The notes under the pieces were generated by a model, which was not told the origin of the DNA, made no database searches, and saw nothing but the letters and a program-made list of their open reading frames with translations. A program made the translations under genes and the position numbers. Below are positions 38,565 to 47,368 of a DNA stretch of 64,000 bases, piece by piece; the first letter of the stretch is position 1, and each line of letters opens with the position of its first letter. This DNA is from an uncultured bacterium (lineage in GTDB: Bacteria; Omnitrophota; Omnitrophia; Omnitrophales; Abzuiibacteriaceae), in the NCBI GenBank assembly GCA_964387845.1, contig CAYLXA010000002.1, positions 64,001 to 128,000 on the forward strand, read 5' to 3'.

Positions 38565-39281
38565 ATGGCAAAAAAAATATTACTAACCATTGCTGCCCGC
38601 GGCGGTTCAAAAGGTGTTAAGAATAAAAACATTCGAATGCTTCACGGAAAGCCGTTGATTGCCCACACAATTCATGCTGCGTTGAAATGGGGAAAGGCAG
38701 ATCGTGTAGTGGTCAGCACTGACTCGGCTGCAATTGCACGAGCAGCGCGGAAATATGGCGCTGAAGTCCCGTTCTTGCGGCCCGCTGCGTTTGCTCGGGA
38801 TTCTTCCCCAAAATGGCATGCATTAAAGCATGTATTGGAACAATCTGAGAAATTCTTCAACGAACGCTATGATTTGGTGATTGACCTGGATGTAACGGCG
38901 CCAATTCGCAGCGGGCAGGATATTGATGTGTGTCTTCAAAAGTTTTTACGCTTCAAACCCAAAACGCTTTTCAGCGTAACGCTCGCCCATAAGAATCCGT
39001 ATTTTAATATGGTGGAAGAAACAAAAAATGGTCGCGTGCGGGTCTCAAAGAAGTTGAGGACAAGCATTGTCCGGCGTCAGGATGCGCCCAAGGTTTACGC
39101 AATCAATGGTTCGATTTATGTTTATTCGCGTAATTACCTGCTCAAGTCTAAAAATCCTATTGCGACGAGCGATGATTCAATTATTCACGTGATGGATGAA
39201 CTAAGCGGTATCGACATAGACCGTGAAATCGATTTCAAATTCGTTGAATTCTTAATTCGCGAAGGCATGGTAAAGTTTTGA
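38565..39281 (+). CDS. acylneuraminate cytidylyltransferase family (CMP-nonulosonic acid synthetase, LegF/NeuA/PseF-like)
   Basis: 'ILLTIAARGGSKGVKNKNIRMLHGKPLIAHTI' is the hallmark N-terminus of CMP-NeuAc/CMP-Leg synthetases. 239 aa. Confidence 0.85.
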   Translation: MAKKILLTIAARGGSKGVKNKNIRMLHGKPLIAHTIHAALKWGKADRVVVSTDSAAIARAARKYGAEVPFLRPAAFARDSSPKWHALKHVLEQSEKFFNERYDLVIDLDVTAPIRSGQDIDVCLQKFLRFKPKTLFSVTLAHKNPYFNMVEETKNGRVRVSKKLRTSIVRRQDAPKVYAINGSIYVYSRNYLLKSKNPIATSDDSIIHVMDELSGIDIDREIDFKFVEFLIREGMVKF

Positions 39282-40150
39282 AAACCACTCGCATTATTCC
39301 TCGCCTCGATATTAAAGGCCCTAACCTGGTGAAGGGAATTCACCTTGAGGGCTTACGTGTTCTTGGTAAGCCTGAAAAATTTGCTCGCTATTACTACGAA
39401 ACAGGTGCTGACGAACTTCTCTACATGGATGTTGTTGCTAGTCTGTATGGGCGAAATAGTTTGCTCGATATTATTTCCAAAACTTCAAAAGAGATTTTTA
39501 TTCCGTTAACGGTTGGCGGCGGCCTCAGATCTTTGGTTGATATGCAGGCTGTTCTTCATGCGGGTGCTGATAAGGTCGCGATCAATACTGCCGCAACGCA
39601 AAACCCGGAGATTATTCGCGAAGCCTCTAAACGCTTCGGATCTTCAACCATTGTCGTCTCGATTGAGGCCATTAAGCAACCCGACGGCACTTATCATGCT
39701 TTCATCGACAACGGACGTCAGGAAACCGGCTTGGATGTGTTCGATTGGGTTCAAAAAGTTGTCGAGTTGGGTGCTGGTGAAATTTTGCTGACCTCTGTCA
39801 ATCAAGAGGGAACGGGAAAGGGTTACGATCTTGACCTCATCAAAAAAGTTTCCGAAATGATTCCGATTCCCGTGATTGCTTGCGGCGGAGCGAAAAATAA
39901 ATCCGATGTGGCGAAAGTAATTATGGAAGGATGTGCGGATGCTGTGAGCGCTGCATCGATCTTTCATTATCATTATATTCGTGAAAACAGGTCAACCTCA
40001 GATTTTGAAACCGAAGGCAACGTTGAATTCTTAAAAAGCGGCAAGGGATTCAGCCAGTTTGACACAGTGACAGTTCGCGATGTTAAAAAGCATTTAACAG
40101 ATTTAGGGATCGAATGTCGTTATGAAAAAGGTTTGGTGGAACATGGCTAA
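39278..40150 (+). CDS. imidazole glycerol phosphate synthase cyclase subunit HisF paralogue (WbuZ-like, glycan amidotransfer)
   Basis: 'IIPRLDIKG…VKG' and a (beta/alpha)8 HisF signature 'ILLTSVNQEGTGKGYD'. Located in a glycan locus, not in a his operon. Confidence 0.8.
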   Translation: MKTTRIIPRLDIKGPNLVKGIHLEGLRVLGKPEKFARYYYETGADELLYMDVVASLYGRNSLLDIISKTSKEIFIPLTVGGGLRSLVDMQAVLHAGADKVAINTAATQNPEIIREASKRFGSSTIVVSIEAIKQPDGTYHAFIDNGRQETGLDVFDWVQKVVELGAGEILLTSVNQEGTGKGYDLDLIKKVSEMIPIPVIACGGAKNKSDVAKVIMEGCADAVSAASIFHYHYIRENRSTSDFETEGNVEFLKSGKGFSQFDTVTVRDVKKHLTDLGIECRYEKGLVEHG

Positions 40151-40817
40151 ATCCAAACCGCGAGTCGCTATTGTCAATTACGGCATGGGAAATCTGTTCA
40201 GCGTGCAGCAAACCTGTGCTCATGTTGGCCTTGAAGCCGTGGTTACAAACCAAAAAAGGGATCTCCAAACGGCTGACGGAATCATTTTGCCTGGCGTTGG
40301 GGCATTTGGAGATGCTATGGACAACCTAAACCGTTTAGATATTACAGAAACCCTCCAGAAGGCCATTTTATCTGAAAAAAAGCCTTTTCTAGGGGTCTGC
40401 CTGGGCCTGCAATTACTTATGGAGGAAAGTGAGGAATTTGGGTATCATAGAGGCCTTGGTGTAGTCAAGGGGAAGGTAATTCGCTTTGGCGATCAGATAA
40501 AGGGCAGGGATGGCAGGGCAGCGAAAGTCCCTCAAGTCGGTTGGAATCAGATATATCCTACGCCAAGCGGAAGTGAATGGAGCCAGTCGCTTTTGTCCGG
40601 AGTTTCAGAGGGCGATTTCATGTATTTTGTGCATTCATACCACATTGAGCCAGAAGATAGAGGCGTTCGTTTGTCAATGACGCGCTATGGTAATTTTGAA
40701 TTTTGCTCCAGTGTACAGAAGGGAAATATCTTTGGCTGTCAGTTTCATCCGGAACGAAGCGGTGCCAAGGGCGTTACGGTTTACCAAAATTTTTTGAAAT
40801 TATTTTCTAAATCTTAG
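40143..40817 (+). CDS. glutamine amidotransferase HisH paralogue (WbuY-like)
   Basis: Class I GATase triad context 'GVCLGLQLL' (Cys) and 'FHPE' (His/Glu). ATG 40143 overlaps the hisF-like stop (ATGGCTAA). Confidence 0.8.
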   Translation: MAKSKPRVAIVNYGMGNLFSVQQTCAHVGLEAVVTNQKRDLQTADGIILPGVGAFGDAMDNLNRLDITETLQKAILSEKKPFLGVCLGLQLLMEESEEFGYHRGLGVVKGKVIRFGDQIKGRDGRAAKVPQVGWNQIYPTPSGSEWSQSLLSGVSEGDFMYFVHSYHIEPEDRGVRLSMTRYGNFEFCSSVQKGNIFGCQFHPERSGAKGVTVYQNFLKLFSKS

Positions 40818-40825
40818 GAGCAATA

Positions 40826-41659
40826 ATGAGTGTACTTTCAGCAAGTGTTTCATTAATGCGGCGATTTACTTTATCGCTTCCCAAACCCATTTCAAACCAT
40901 GCCGCAAAAGCATACGAAAAGATTGGATCAACATTCATTGGGCTTTCAGATCAAATGAATTTTGTTCAAAGCGCATCGGGAATACGAAATGATACAGAAT
41001 CTTTTCGACGTGATCTGTTGTGCAAGTTTAACCGTATTCAAAATAATATGATCTGCGCACATCAACCAAATGAGCTTCTCATATTGTCAGACACGATTTT
41101 AAAACTCTCAATTCCCGGCGATATTGTAGAGCTGGGTTGTTATAAAGGAGGTTCATCTGCCAAATTAAGCTGGATAGCGGCGACTACGGGTCGAAAATTG
41201 TATGTTTGCGATTCATTCGAGGGGTTGCCACAGCCTAACGAGCACGATCAATTCCACAAATCGCTCATTGGGCGAGATAAGCATTACAATCAGGGAGATT
41301 ATTGTGGTCAGCTAGACGAAGTAAAGGATAATATTAACCGTTATGGCAGCATGGCGTCTTGCGAATTTATAAAAGGTTTTTTCTCAAATTCGTTAAAAGA
41401 TCTAAAAGTAAAACCAGCACTCATTTTTATGGATGTGGACCTTATTGATTCAGCGCGTGATTGCCTCATTCATTTATGGAATAAGCTGGAAAAGGGCGGA
41501 AAATATTTTACTCACGAAGCCACGATGTTAAATTTTATAACTGAACTTACGAATCATGATTGGTGGCAAAGAAATTTTGGGCATCCAGCTCCTATTCTAA
41601 TGGGAGTCGGATTTGGCATGTCAGATCAAGCAAAAAATCTTGCTTTTTTCCAAAAATAA
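40826..41659 (+). CDS. TylF/MycF-family SAM-dependent O-methyltransferase
   Basis: 'VELGCYKGGSSAKLS', 'VCDSFEGLPQP' and 'FMDVDLIDSARDCLIHLWNKLEKGGKY' match macrocin-O-methyltransferase family blocks. Confidence 0.6.
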   Translation: MSVLSASVSLMRRFTLSLPKPISNHAAKAYEKIGSTFIGLSDQMNFVQSASGIRNDTESFRRDLLCKFNRIQNNMICAHQPNELLILSDTILKLSIPGDIVELGCYKGGSSAKLSWIAATTGRKLYVCDSFEGLPQPNEHDQFHKSLIGRDKHYNQGDYCGQLDEVKDNINRYGSMASCEFIKGFFSNSLKDLKVKPALIFMDVDLIDSARDCLIHLWNKLEKGGKYFTHEATMLNFITELTNHDWWQRNFGHPAPILMGVGFGMSDQAKNLAFFQK

Positions 41660-41661
41660 TT

Positions 41662-42495
41662 ATGACCAAAACAATGCCATCGATAATGATAAATTTAAAT
41701 AAAAAAGCATTGCTCGATATCGCTGAGCAAAAACACCATGAATATGTGACTGCAAGTCCGTTCCCGCATATAGTGATTGATGATTTTCTTCCTCCAGATA
41801 TTTTAGATGTTGTTTTAGAAGAATTTCCAAACCCAGGCGATCCTGTTTGGCTTCAGCATGTTCACGCGAATAGTAAAAAAATGGCATGTAACGATGTTGA
41901 TAAAATGGGACAAATCACTCAACAACTTTTTTATCAATTTAATTCTGCGCTTATCATTGAGTTTCTAGAGAAGCTAACCGGCATTTCGGGACTAATTCCA
42001 GACACAAATTTTACAGGTGGAGGACTTCATTGTATTGGAGAAGGGGGATTTCTAAAAATCCATGCGGATTTTAATTTTCATGAAAAATTAAAATTAGACC
42101 GACGTCTCAATCTACTTGTTTACCTCAACAAAAATTGGAAAGAAGATTACGGCGGCCATTTGGAATTATGGGACAAGAAAATGACTCATAGCGTTAAAAA
42201 AATTCTCCCCATTTTTAATCGTTGTGTTGTATTTGATACCACCGATTTTTCGTTTCATGGCCATCCCGATCCTTTGCAATGCCCTAATAACGTCTATCGA
42301 AAGTCATTAGCTCTCTATTATTATTCCAATGGACGTCCCCTGGAAGAGAAGTCAGATTCGCACTCTACTCTCTATCAGGCGCGGCCACATGAAATTCGGA
42401 TGAAGCACGTTGTTAAAAAGCTATTACCTCCGATTATTTTTGATTTTCTTGTGGATGCAAAAACAAATTTAAAGAAAAAATCTAAAAAAGCATGA
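41662..42495 (+). CDS. 2-oxoglutarate/Fe(II)-dependent oxygenase, prolyl-4-hydroxylase-like
   Basis: HxD…H facial triad 'LKIHADFN … SFHGHP', with the P4H-like 'RLNLLVYLNKNWKEDYGGHLELW' between the two. The probable start is the ATG at 41662; the ORF track starts upstream at 41560. Confidence 0.6.
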   Translation: MTKTMPSIMINLNKKALLDIAEQKHHEYVTASPFPHIVIDDFLPPDILDVVLEEFPNPGDPVWLQHVHANSKKMACNDVDKMGQITQQLFYQFNSALIIEFLEKLTGISGLIPDTNFTGGGLHCIGEGGFLKIHADFNFHEKLKLDRRLNLLVYLNKNWKEDYGGHLELWDKKMTHSVKKILPIFNRCVVFDTTDFSFHGHPDPLQCPNNVYRKSLALYYYSNGRPLEEKSDSHSTLYQARPHEIRMKHVVKKLLPPIIFDFLVDAKTNLKKKSKKA

Positions 42496-42499
42496 AGCT

Positions 42500-43723
42500 A
42501 TGACGCAATCTGAAACTCAAAATAAATTTAAAACCAAGTACGGTTTGCCGTCAGAAGTAATTTTCTGCAAGCGTTGCGTCATGTCAAACCAGCGGCCCGC
42601 TTCAAGTAAAGAATTCAAGCATACCAAATCTCAAAAACACACAACGCTTAATATTCCAAACGATGGTATCTGCGATGCGTGCCGTTACGCGGATAAAAAA
42701 GAAGAAATCAATTGGAAAAGCCGAGAAGCCGAACTTTTGAAACTGCTCGACCGCCACCGCAAAACGGACGGAACTTACGATTGCATTGTTCCTGGAAGCG
42801 GCGGAAAAGACAGTGTTTATGCAGCGCACTTGCTCAAATACAAATACGGTATGCATCCTTTGACGGTCACTTGGCCGCCAATTCTTTACACCGATATTGG
42901 TTACGCGAATTTTAGAAATTGGCTCTACAAAGGCGGTTTCGATAACATTTCGTTTAATTACAACGCCAAAGTTCATGCACTATTAACAAGACTCGCCATC
43001 GAAAACCTTCTTCATCCTTTTCAACCTTTTATTCTTGGACAAAAAAACCTCGCGCCCAAGCTCGCTTTAAAATATGAAGTGCCTTTGATTTTCTACGGTG
43101 AAAGTGAAGCAGAATATGGAAATCCGCTTGCAGAGACCGCAACCTCGCTCCGCGATAAATCTTATTTCACGATGGAAAATCTTTCCGATATTCATTTGGG
43201 CGGCGTAAGCGTGAAAGAACTTCAGGAAAAATACAAACTCACAATCAACGACATTATGACTTATTTGCCGCCGACGGCATCCGAGGTCGCCAAAATGAAT
43301 ATGGAAGTTCATTACCTTGGTTATTATTTAAAATGGACACCGCAGGAAGCCTATTATTACTCGGTTGAAAATGTGGGTTTTCAGGCAAATCCATTCCGCA
43401 CCGAAGGCACTTACAGCAAATACAACAGTTTGGATGATAAAATAGACGGCTTCCACTATTACACCACTTTCATTAAATTTGGCTTAGGTCGCGCAAGTTA
43501 CGATGCATCACAAGAAATTCGCAACAAACATTTGACGCGGGAAGAAGGTATAGCGCTTGTCCGCAAGTTTGACGGGGAGTTTCCTCAAAAATATTTTCAG
43601 GAAATCATGGACTATATCGGCATGAAGCCCGATCATTTTCTGGATCTTTGCGACCAATTCCGGTCTCCGCATTTATGGAAAAAAGAAAATGGGAAGTGGA
43701 TCTTGCGCTATCCGGTCAATTAA
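42500..43723 (+). CDS. N-acetyl sugar amidotransferase (WbuX/PseA family, PP-loop ATP pyrophosphatase)
   Basis: PP-loop 'IVPGSGGKDSVYAAHLL'. About 400 aa, as in WbuX/PseA. Adjacent HisH/HisF paralogues complete the known acetimidoyl-forming trio. Confidence 0.8.
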   Translation: MTQSETQNKFKTKYGLPSEVIFCKRCVMSNQRPASSKEFKHTKSQKHTTLNIPNDGICDACRYADKKEEINWKSREAELLKLLDRHRKTDGTYDCIVPGSGGKDSVYAAHLLKYKYGMHPLTVTWPPILYTDIGYANFRNWLYKGGFDNISFNYNAKVHALLTRLAIENLLHPFQPFILGQKNLAPKLALKYEVPLIFYGESEAEYGNPLAETATSLRDKSYFTMENLSDIHLGGVSVKELQEKYKLTINDIMTYLPPTASEVAKMNMEVHYLGYYLKWTPQEAYYYSVENVGFQANPFRTEGTYSKYNSLDDKIDGFHYYTTFIKFGLGRASYDASQEIRNKHLTREEGIALVRKFDGEFPQKYFQEIMDYIGMKPDHFLDLCDQFRSPHLWKKENGKWILRYPVN

Positions 43724-43747
43724 GCCGGTATTTACCGAGCGATTTTT

Positions 43748-45547
43748 ATGACACAGCCGCAAGCAATCAAATACAGCTCTCTGCTTTATTTTATATTGCA
43801 GTATAAAAAAAATTTTTTTGTTTTATTAACTGCAACTCTCGCCGTATCATTTTTTGAAATTTGTCAATTGGCCGCAATGCTGCCAATTTTGAACCGTTTA
43901 ATTCCTGCCACGTCACCCAACGTGCCTGTGCCCGGGTTAAAATTTTTTGAAGGTGCCATTGCAATGGCTCCCTTCAAAGAAACACTAATCTCGGCCGTGG
44001 CTGTGTTTGCTGTTGTTGTGATTGTGCGTTTTTTTATTGTATTCACCGCCGAGCTTTTAAATCATCGAACAACCCAGGAAATCATCTATCAAACAAAAAG
44101 AAAAATTCTCAAAAAAACCTTGGCATCCAAGTACCAATTTTTCCTCGACAGTAAGCACGGAGACCTTTTTTTTATTTGCATTACGGCGCCCGAGAATGCC
44201 GGCGCTTATTTGTCTATTTTCGTTTCAGCTGTGATTTACTTTTTTACCACCATTGCAATTCTAGGGTTTTTGCTATCGATCAATTTTGTTGTCACTTGTT
44301 CCATTATTTTACTCGGGCTTTTGTATTATTTAGGTACGCGGAAGATTTCCGTGCGCGTTTCGTATGTAGGTGGCCAAAAAAGGATCGGTTTGATCAAAGA
44401 ACAACATGGTCTGATTCAAGAATCTCTGCAAGGCATTAAATACATCATTACTTATGGAAAACAGGAGCCTTTGCAGCGAGTGTTTGACCGATCAAGCCGT
44501 GCATTTTGCGATCAAGTCCATCGAGACACTTTCTGGCAGACTCTATTGCAAAAAGTACCAGAGCCAGCACTTTTACTTCTCGCTTCTTCAGGCATCATTC
44601 TGTTGGTAACGTCTATCGGTCAACAAGCCGTCGGAAGTTATCTCAACATCATCGGCGTTTACTTTTTTGCAATCCAAAGAATTATTCCCGCCTTAAATAA
44701 ATTCAGCACCTCTGCTTTTCAAGTGCTGGCCGGCATGCCCAACTTAGAGGCGTGTCAGAATTTTTTGGAAGCTCCTATTGAAAAACAGGCTGACGGCAGC
44801 ATCGCCGTTGATCAGCTTAAGGATGCGATCAGATTTGAGAATGTCAGTTTGACATATCCAAACGGTAAGCATGTCTTGAAAAGTGTGAGTATGATTTTTA
44901 GGAAGGGGAAAACAACCGCAATTGTCGGGGAATCCGGATCCGGTAAGACTTCGGTGGTTAATTTAATTTTGGGCCTGCACCATGCGAGTAACGGCTCTAT
45001 CCTCATTGACGAACATTCGCTGAGCGATGTCAGAATGAGTACTTTGCTGAGCAAAATCGGCTATGTTGGGCAGGAGACATTTCTACTCCACGCCAGCGTT
45101 AAAGATAACATTGCTTTTTACGATCAGTACTCGGATGAAAAAATCATGGAAGCTGCCAAAATGGCGGACGCGGCTGAATTTATCGAAGAACTGCCAGATC
45201 GATATGACACCATTGTGGGGTCCGGAGGTATGAAGCTTTCGGGCGGCCAGCGTCAACGGCTTGCGATTGCGCGCGCATTGTTGCGGCGGCCGGAGATTTT
45301 AGTGTTAGATGAGGCAACCAGTAACTTGGATAGCATTTCAGAAGGCGTTGTGCAGCAAACCATCAATCACATTGCTCAGTATTATACGGTTATTGTCGTT
45401 GCGCACAAATTATCAACGGTGAAAAGTGCCGATCAGATCTACGTACTGCACGATGGTCAAATAGCAGAATCCGGTACGCATGAAGCATTGATGGAAAGAC
45501 GCGGAAAATATTACCAGCTGCATTTTATTTCCAGCGGTTCTGATTAA
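43748..45547 (+). CDS. ABC exporter, fused TMD-NBD (MsbA/PglK/WzkA-like lipid-linked glycan flippase candidate)
   Basis: Six N-terminal TM helices. Walker A 'GESGSGKTS', signature 'LSGGQRQRLAIARAL', Walker B 'LVLDEATSNLD' and H-loop 'VVAHKLST'. Confidence 0.85.
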   Translation: MTQPQAIKYSSLLYFILQYKKNFFVLLTATLAVSFFEICQLAAMLPILNRLIPATSPNVPVPGLKFFEGAIAMAPFKETLISAVAVFAVVVIVRFFIVFTAELLNHRTTQEIIYQTKRKILKKTLASKYQFFLDSKHGDLFFICITAPENAGAYLSIFVSAVIYFFTTIAILGFLLSINFVVTCSIILLGLLYYLGTRKISVRVSYVGGQKRIGLIKEQHGLIQESLQGIKYIITYGKQEPLQRVFDRSSRAFCDQVHRDTFWQTLLQKVPEPALLLLASSGIILLVTSIGQQAVGSYLNIIGVYFFAIQRIIPALNKFSTSAFQVLAGMPNLEACQNFLEAPIEKQADGSIAVDQLKDAIRFENVSLTYPNGKHVLKSVSMIFRKGKTTAIVGESGSGKTSVVNLILGLHHASNGSILIDEHSLSDVRMSTLLSKIGYVGQETFLLHASVKDNIAFYDQYSDEKIMEAAKMADAAEFIEELPDRYDTIVGSGGMKLSGGQRQRLAIARALLRRPEILVLDEATSNLDSISEGVVQQTINHIAQYYTVIVVAHKLSTVKSADQIYVLHDGQIAESGTHEALMERRGKYYQLHFISSGSD

Positions 45548-45550
45548 GCT

Positions 45551-46693
45551 ATGAAGTCCGTTTTATTTATCAAGCCGCCGATGCGGTACGGTAAGTTTTA
45601 TTTTCGGATCGCGCAATACATCGAGTATTTCAAGAAAAATGATTGGGAAATTAACGTTTTATATCCGGCTCCGGACGGCGCGACACTGGTTCAAAAGCTT
45701 TCAGCGGCGGACATTTTTTATAAAGCATGTCATTTGCTGGCGCAATTTCCAAAGTTTTTGGTAGATCTGGCAAAGTGCGACCTGGTTATTGTATTTCCTT
45801 CGCCCACGATGGTACTTTATGCGGTTTGGGTTGGCTTGTTTCAGAAAAAAATGCTAATTGAACACACGGTTTCTTACATCTCTCACCGGGATGTGTGGCC
45901 TTGGTATCCTGTTTGGCTGGACAGGTTGCTATATCGGCAGTCAGCCGCGGTCATGACTCATACCGAAAGTATGCGCGAAAGCTTGGTGAAGCAGTTTAAG
46001 CTTCCTGGCCGTCAAGTTGTTGCGTCGTACTGTAATGTGGATCTGGAGAAATTTTCTCCCCGATACGATAATGAGGTTTTGTCGTTAAAGAAAAAGTTAG
46101 GCATTCTTTCGAAGAAAGTAGTGTTTTATCATGGGCTGATGCATGAGTGGCATGGCGTGGACTTGATTTTAGAGGCGGCAAATCGAGTATCCCAAAAACA
46201 TTCGGATGTTGTATTCGTGTTCATGACAGGCGTATCGGATATTTTTAACGGATTACCGGATTATATTTTGCATCTAAACGAACGCGATTACTATACGTGG
46301 GAAACGTTGCCGGTTTTTATTCAATTGGCGGATATTTGGGTTAGTGGATTTCGAAATGTTCAGCGCGGCGATCAAACGTTTGGATCTACTTTAATTCAGG
46401 CGCTGGCCATGGGTCGAACCGTTATTACATCCGACAGCCCGGAAAAAAGAAAATTCTTAAGAAATCAAGAAAATGCATTGCTGGTAAAGTCCGAATCCGC
46501 TTCGGCGATCGAGGAAGGTATTTTGTATTGCTTGAGTCATGAATCAGAGAGTAAAAGACTGGGCGCCGAAGCCAGAAAGATAGCGGAGCGTTCTTTCTCG
46601 ATTCAAGCACTCGAGGAAAAGCTTGATCAACTGAGCGCGCATAATTCCGACCGTGCAATTAAAGAATCGCAGCAGAAAGTTTTTGCGCCATGA
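45551..46693 (+). CDS. GT-B glycosyltransferase (GT4-like), divergent
   Basis: C-terminal 'STLIQALAMGRTVITSDSPEKRKFLRNQENALLV' resembles the GT4 nucleotide-binding half. The N-terminal half has weak similarity only. Confidence 0.5.
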   Translation: MKSVLFIKPPMRYGKFYFRIAQYIEYFKKNDWEINVLYPAPDGATLVQKLSAADIFYKACHLLAQFPKFLVDLAKCDLVIVFPSPTMVLYAVWVGLFQKKMLIEHTVSYISHRDVWPWYPVWLDRLLYRQSAAVMTHTESMRESLVKQFKLPGRQVVASYCNVDLEKFSPRYDNEVLSLKKKLGILSKKVVFYHGLMHEWHGVDLILEAANRVSQKHSDVVFVFMTGVSDIFNGLPDYILHLNERDYYTWETLPVFIQLADIWVSGFRNVQRGDQTFGSTLIQALAMGRTVITSDSPEKRKFLRNQENALLVKSESASAIEEGILYCLSHESESKRLGAEARKIAERSFSIQALEEKLDQLSAHNSDRAIKESQQKVFAP

Positions 46694-47355
46694 AACCGGC
46701 AATGGATTCATTGTCATATACTTTCCGAAGGCGGTTGTTGGATAATTCTTTAAATCGCCACTGTGCTCATTTGGAAGAGCCGGTCGTTGAGATTGGGAAC
46801 GGCACCCGCGACCGGCGCGGGCGGTATCAACCGCGGCAATCTAAATGGTTTGTTGTTGATATCGAAAATAGCAAACGCCCTAATTTGCTCGCTGATGGAG
46901 AGCAGCTGCCGTTTCACGACCAATCAGTAGCAACCGTAGTTGCGCTTGAAGTTTTAGAACATGTAAAAAGGCCCGAGCATTTCTTAAAAGAAATTCACAG
47001 GGCGTTAAAACCAAACGGAGAATTTCTTTTAAGCATGCCTTTTTTGTACCGATATCACGCGGCTCCTCATGATTTTCAGCGGTATACGGAACCTAAATTG
47101 AGAACGATTCTGGCGGAATCCGGTTTTTCGATTGAGCAACTTGAATATCACGGATTTTATTTTACGGTGATGAGCGAGCAGATTAAATCGCTGCTGGCTA
47201 GAATTGCACCCAAGTGGTTGCGGCAGTTGTTGGGCATTATGGTGTTGCCGTTTTTATGGTTTCTTGTTTTTCTTGATCGCACATCATGGGTTGCAAAATC
47301 TGATTTTTTGACGAGTTATACAACAGGTTTTTTTGTCGTAGCACGCAAAGCCTAG
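46690..47355 (+). CDS. SAM-dependent methyltransferase (Methyltransf_11/23-like)
   Basis: 'ALEVLEHVKRPEHFLKEIHRALKPNGEFLLSMP' post-motif II/III region. Motif I is degenerate ('VEIGNG'). Has a hydrophobic C-terminal tail. Confidence 0.55.
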   Translation: MKPAMDSLSYTFRRRLLDNSLNRHCAHLEEPVVEIGNGTRDRRGRYQPRQSKWFVVDIENSKRPNLLADGEQLPFHDQSVATVVALEVLEHVKRPEHFLKEIHRALKPNGEFLLSMPFLYRYHAAPHDFQRYTEPKLRTILAESGFSIEQLEYHGFYFTVMSEQIKSLLARIAPKWLRQLLGIMVLPFLWFLVFLDRTSWVAKSDFLTSYTTGFFVVARKA

Positions 47356-47368
47356 AACGGAGAAACAA

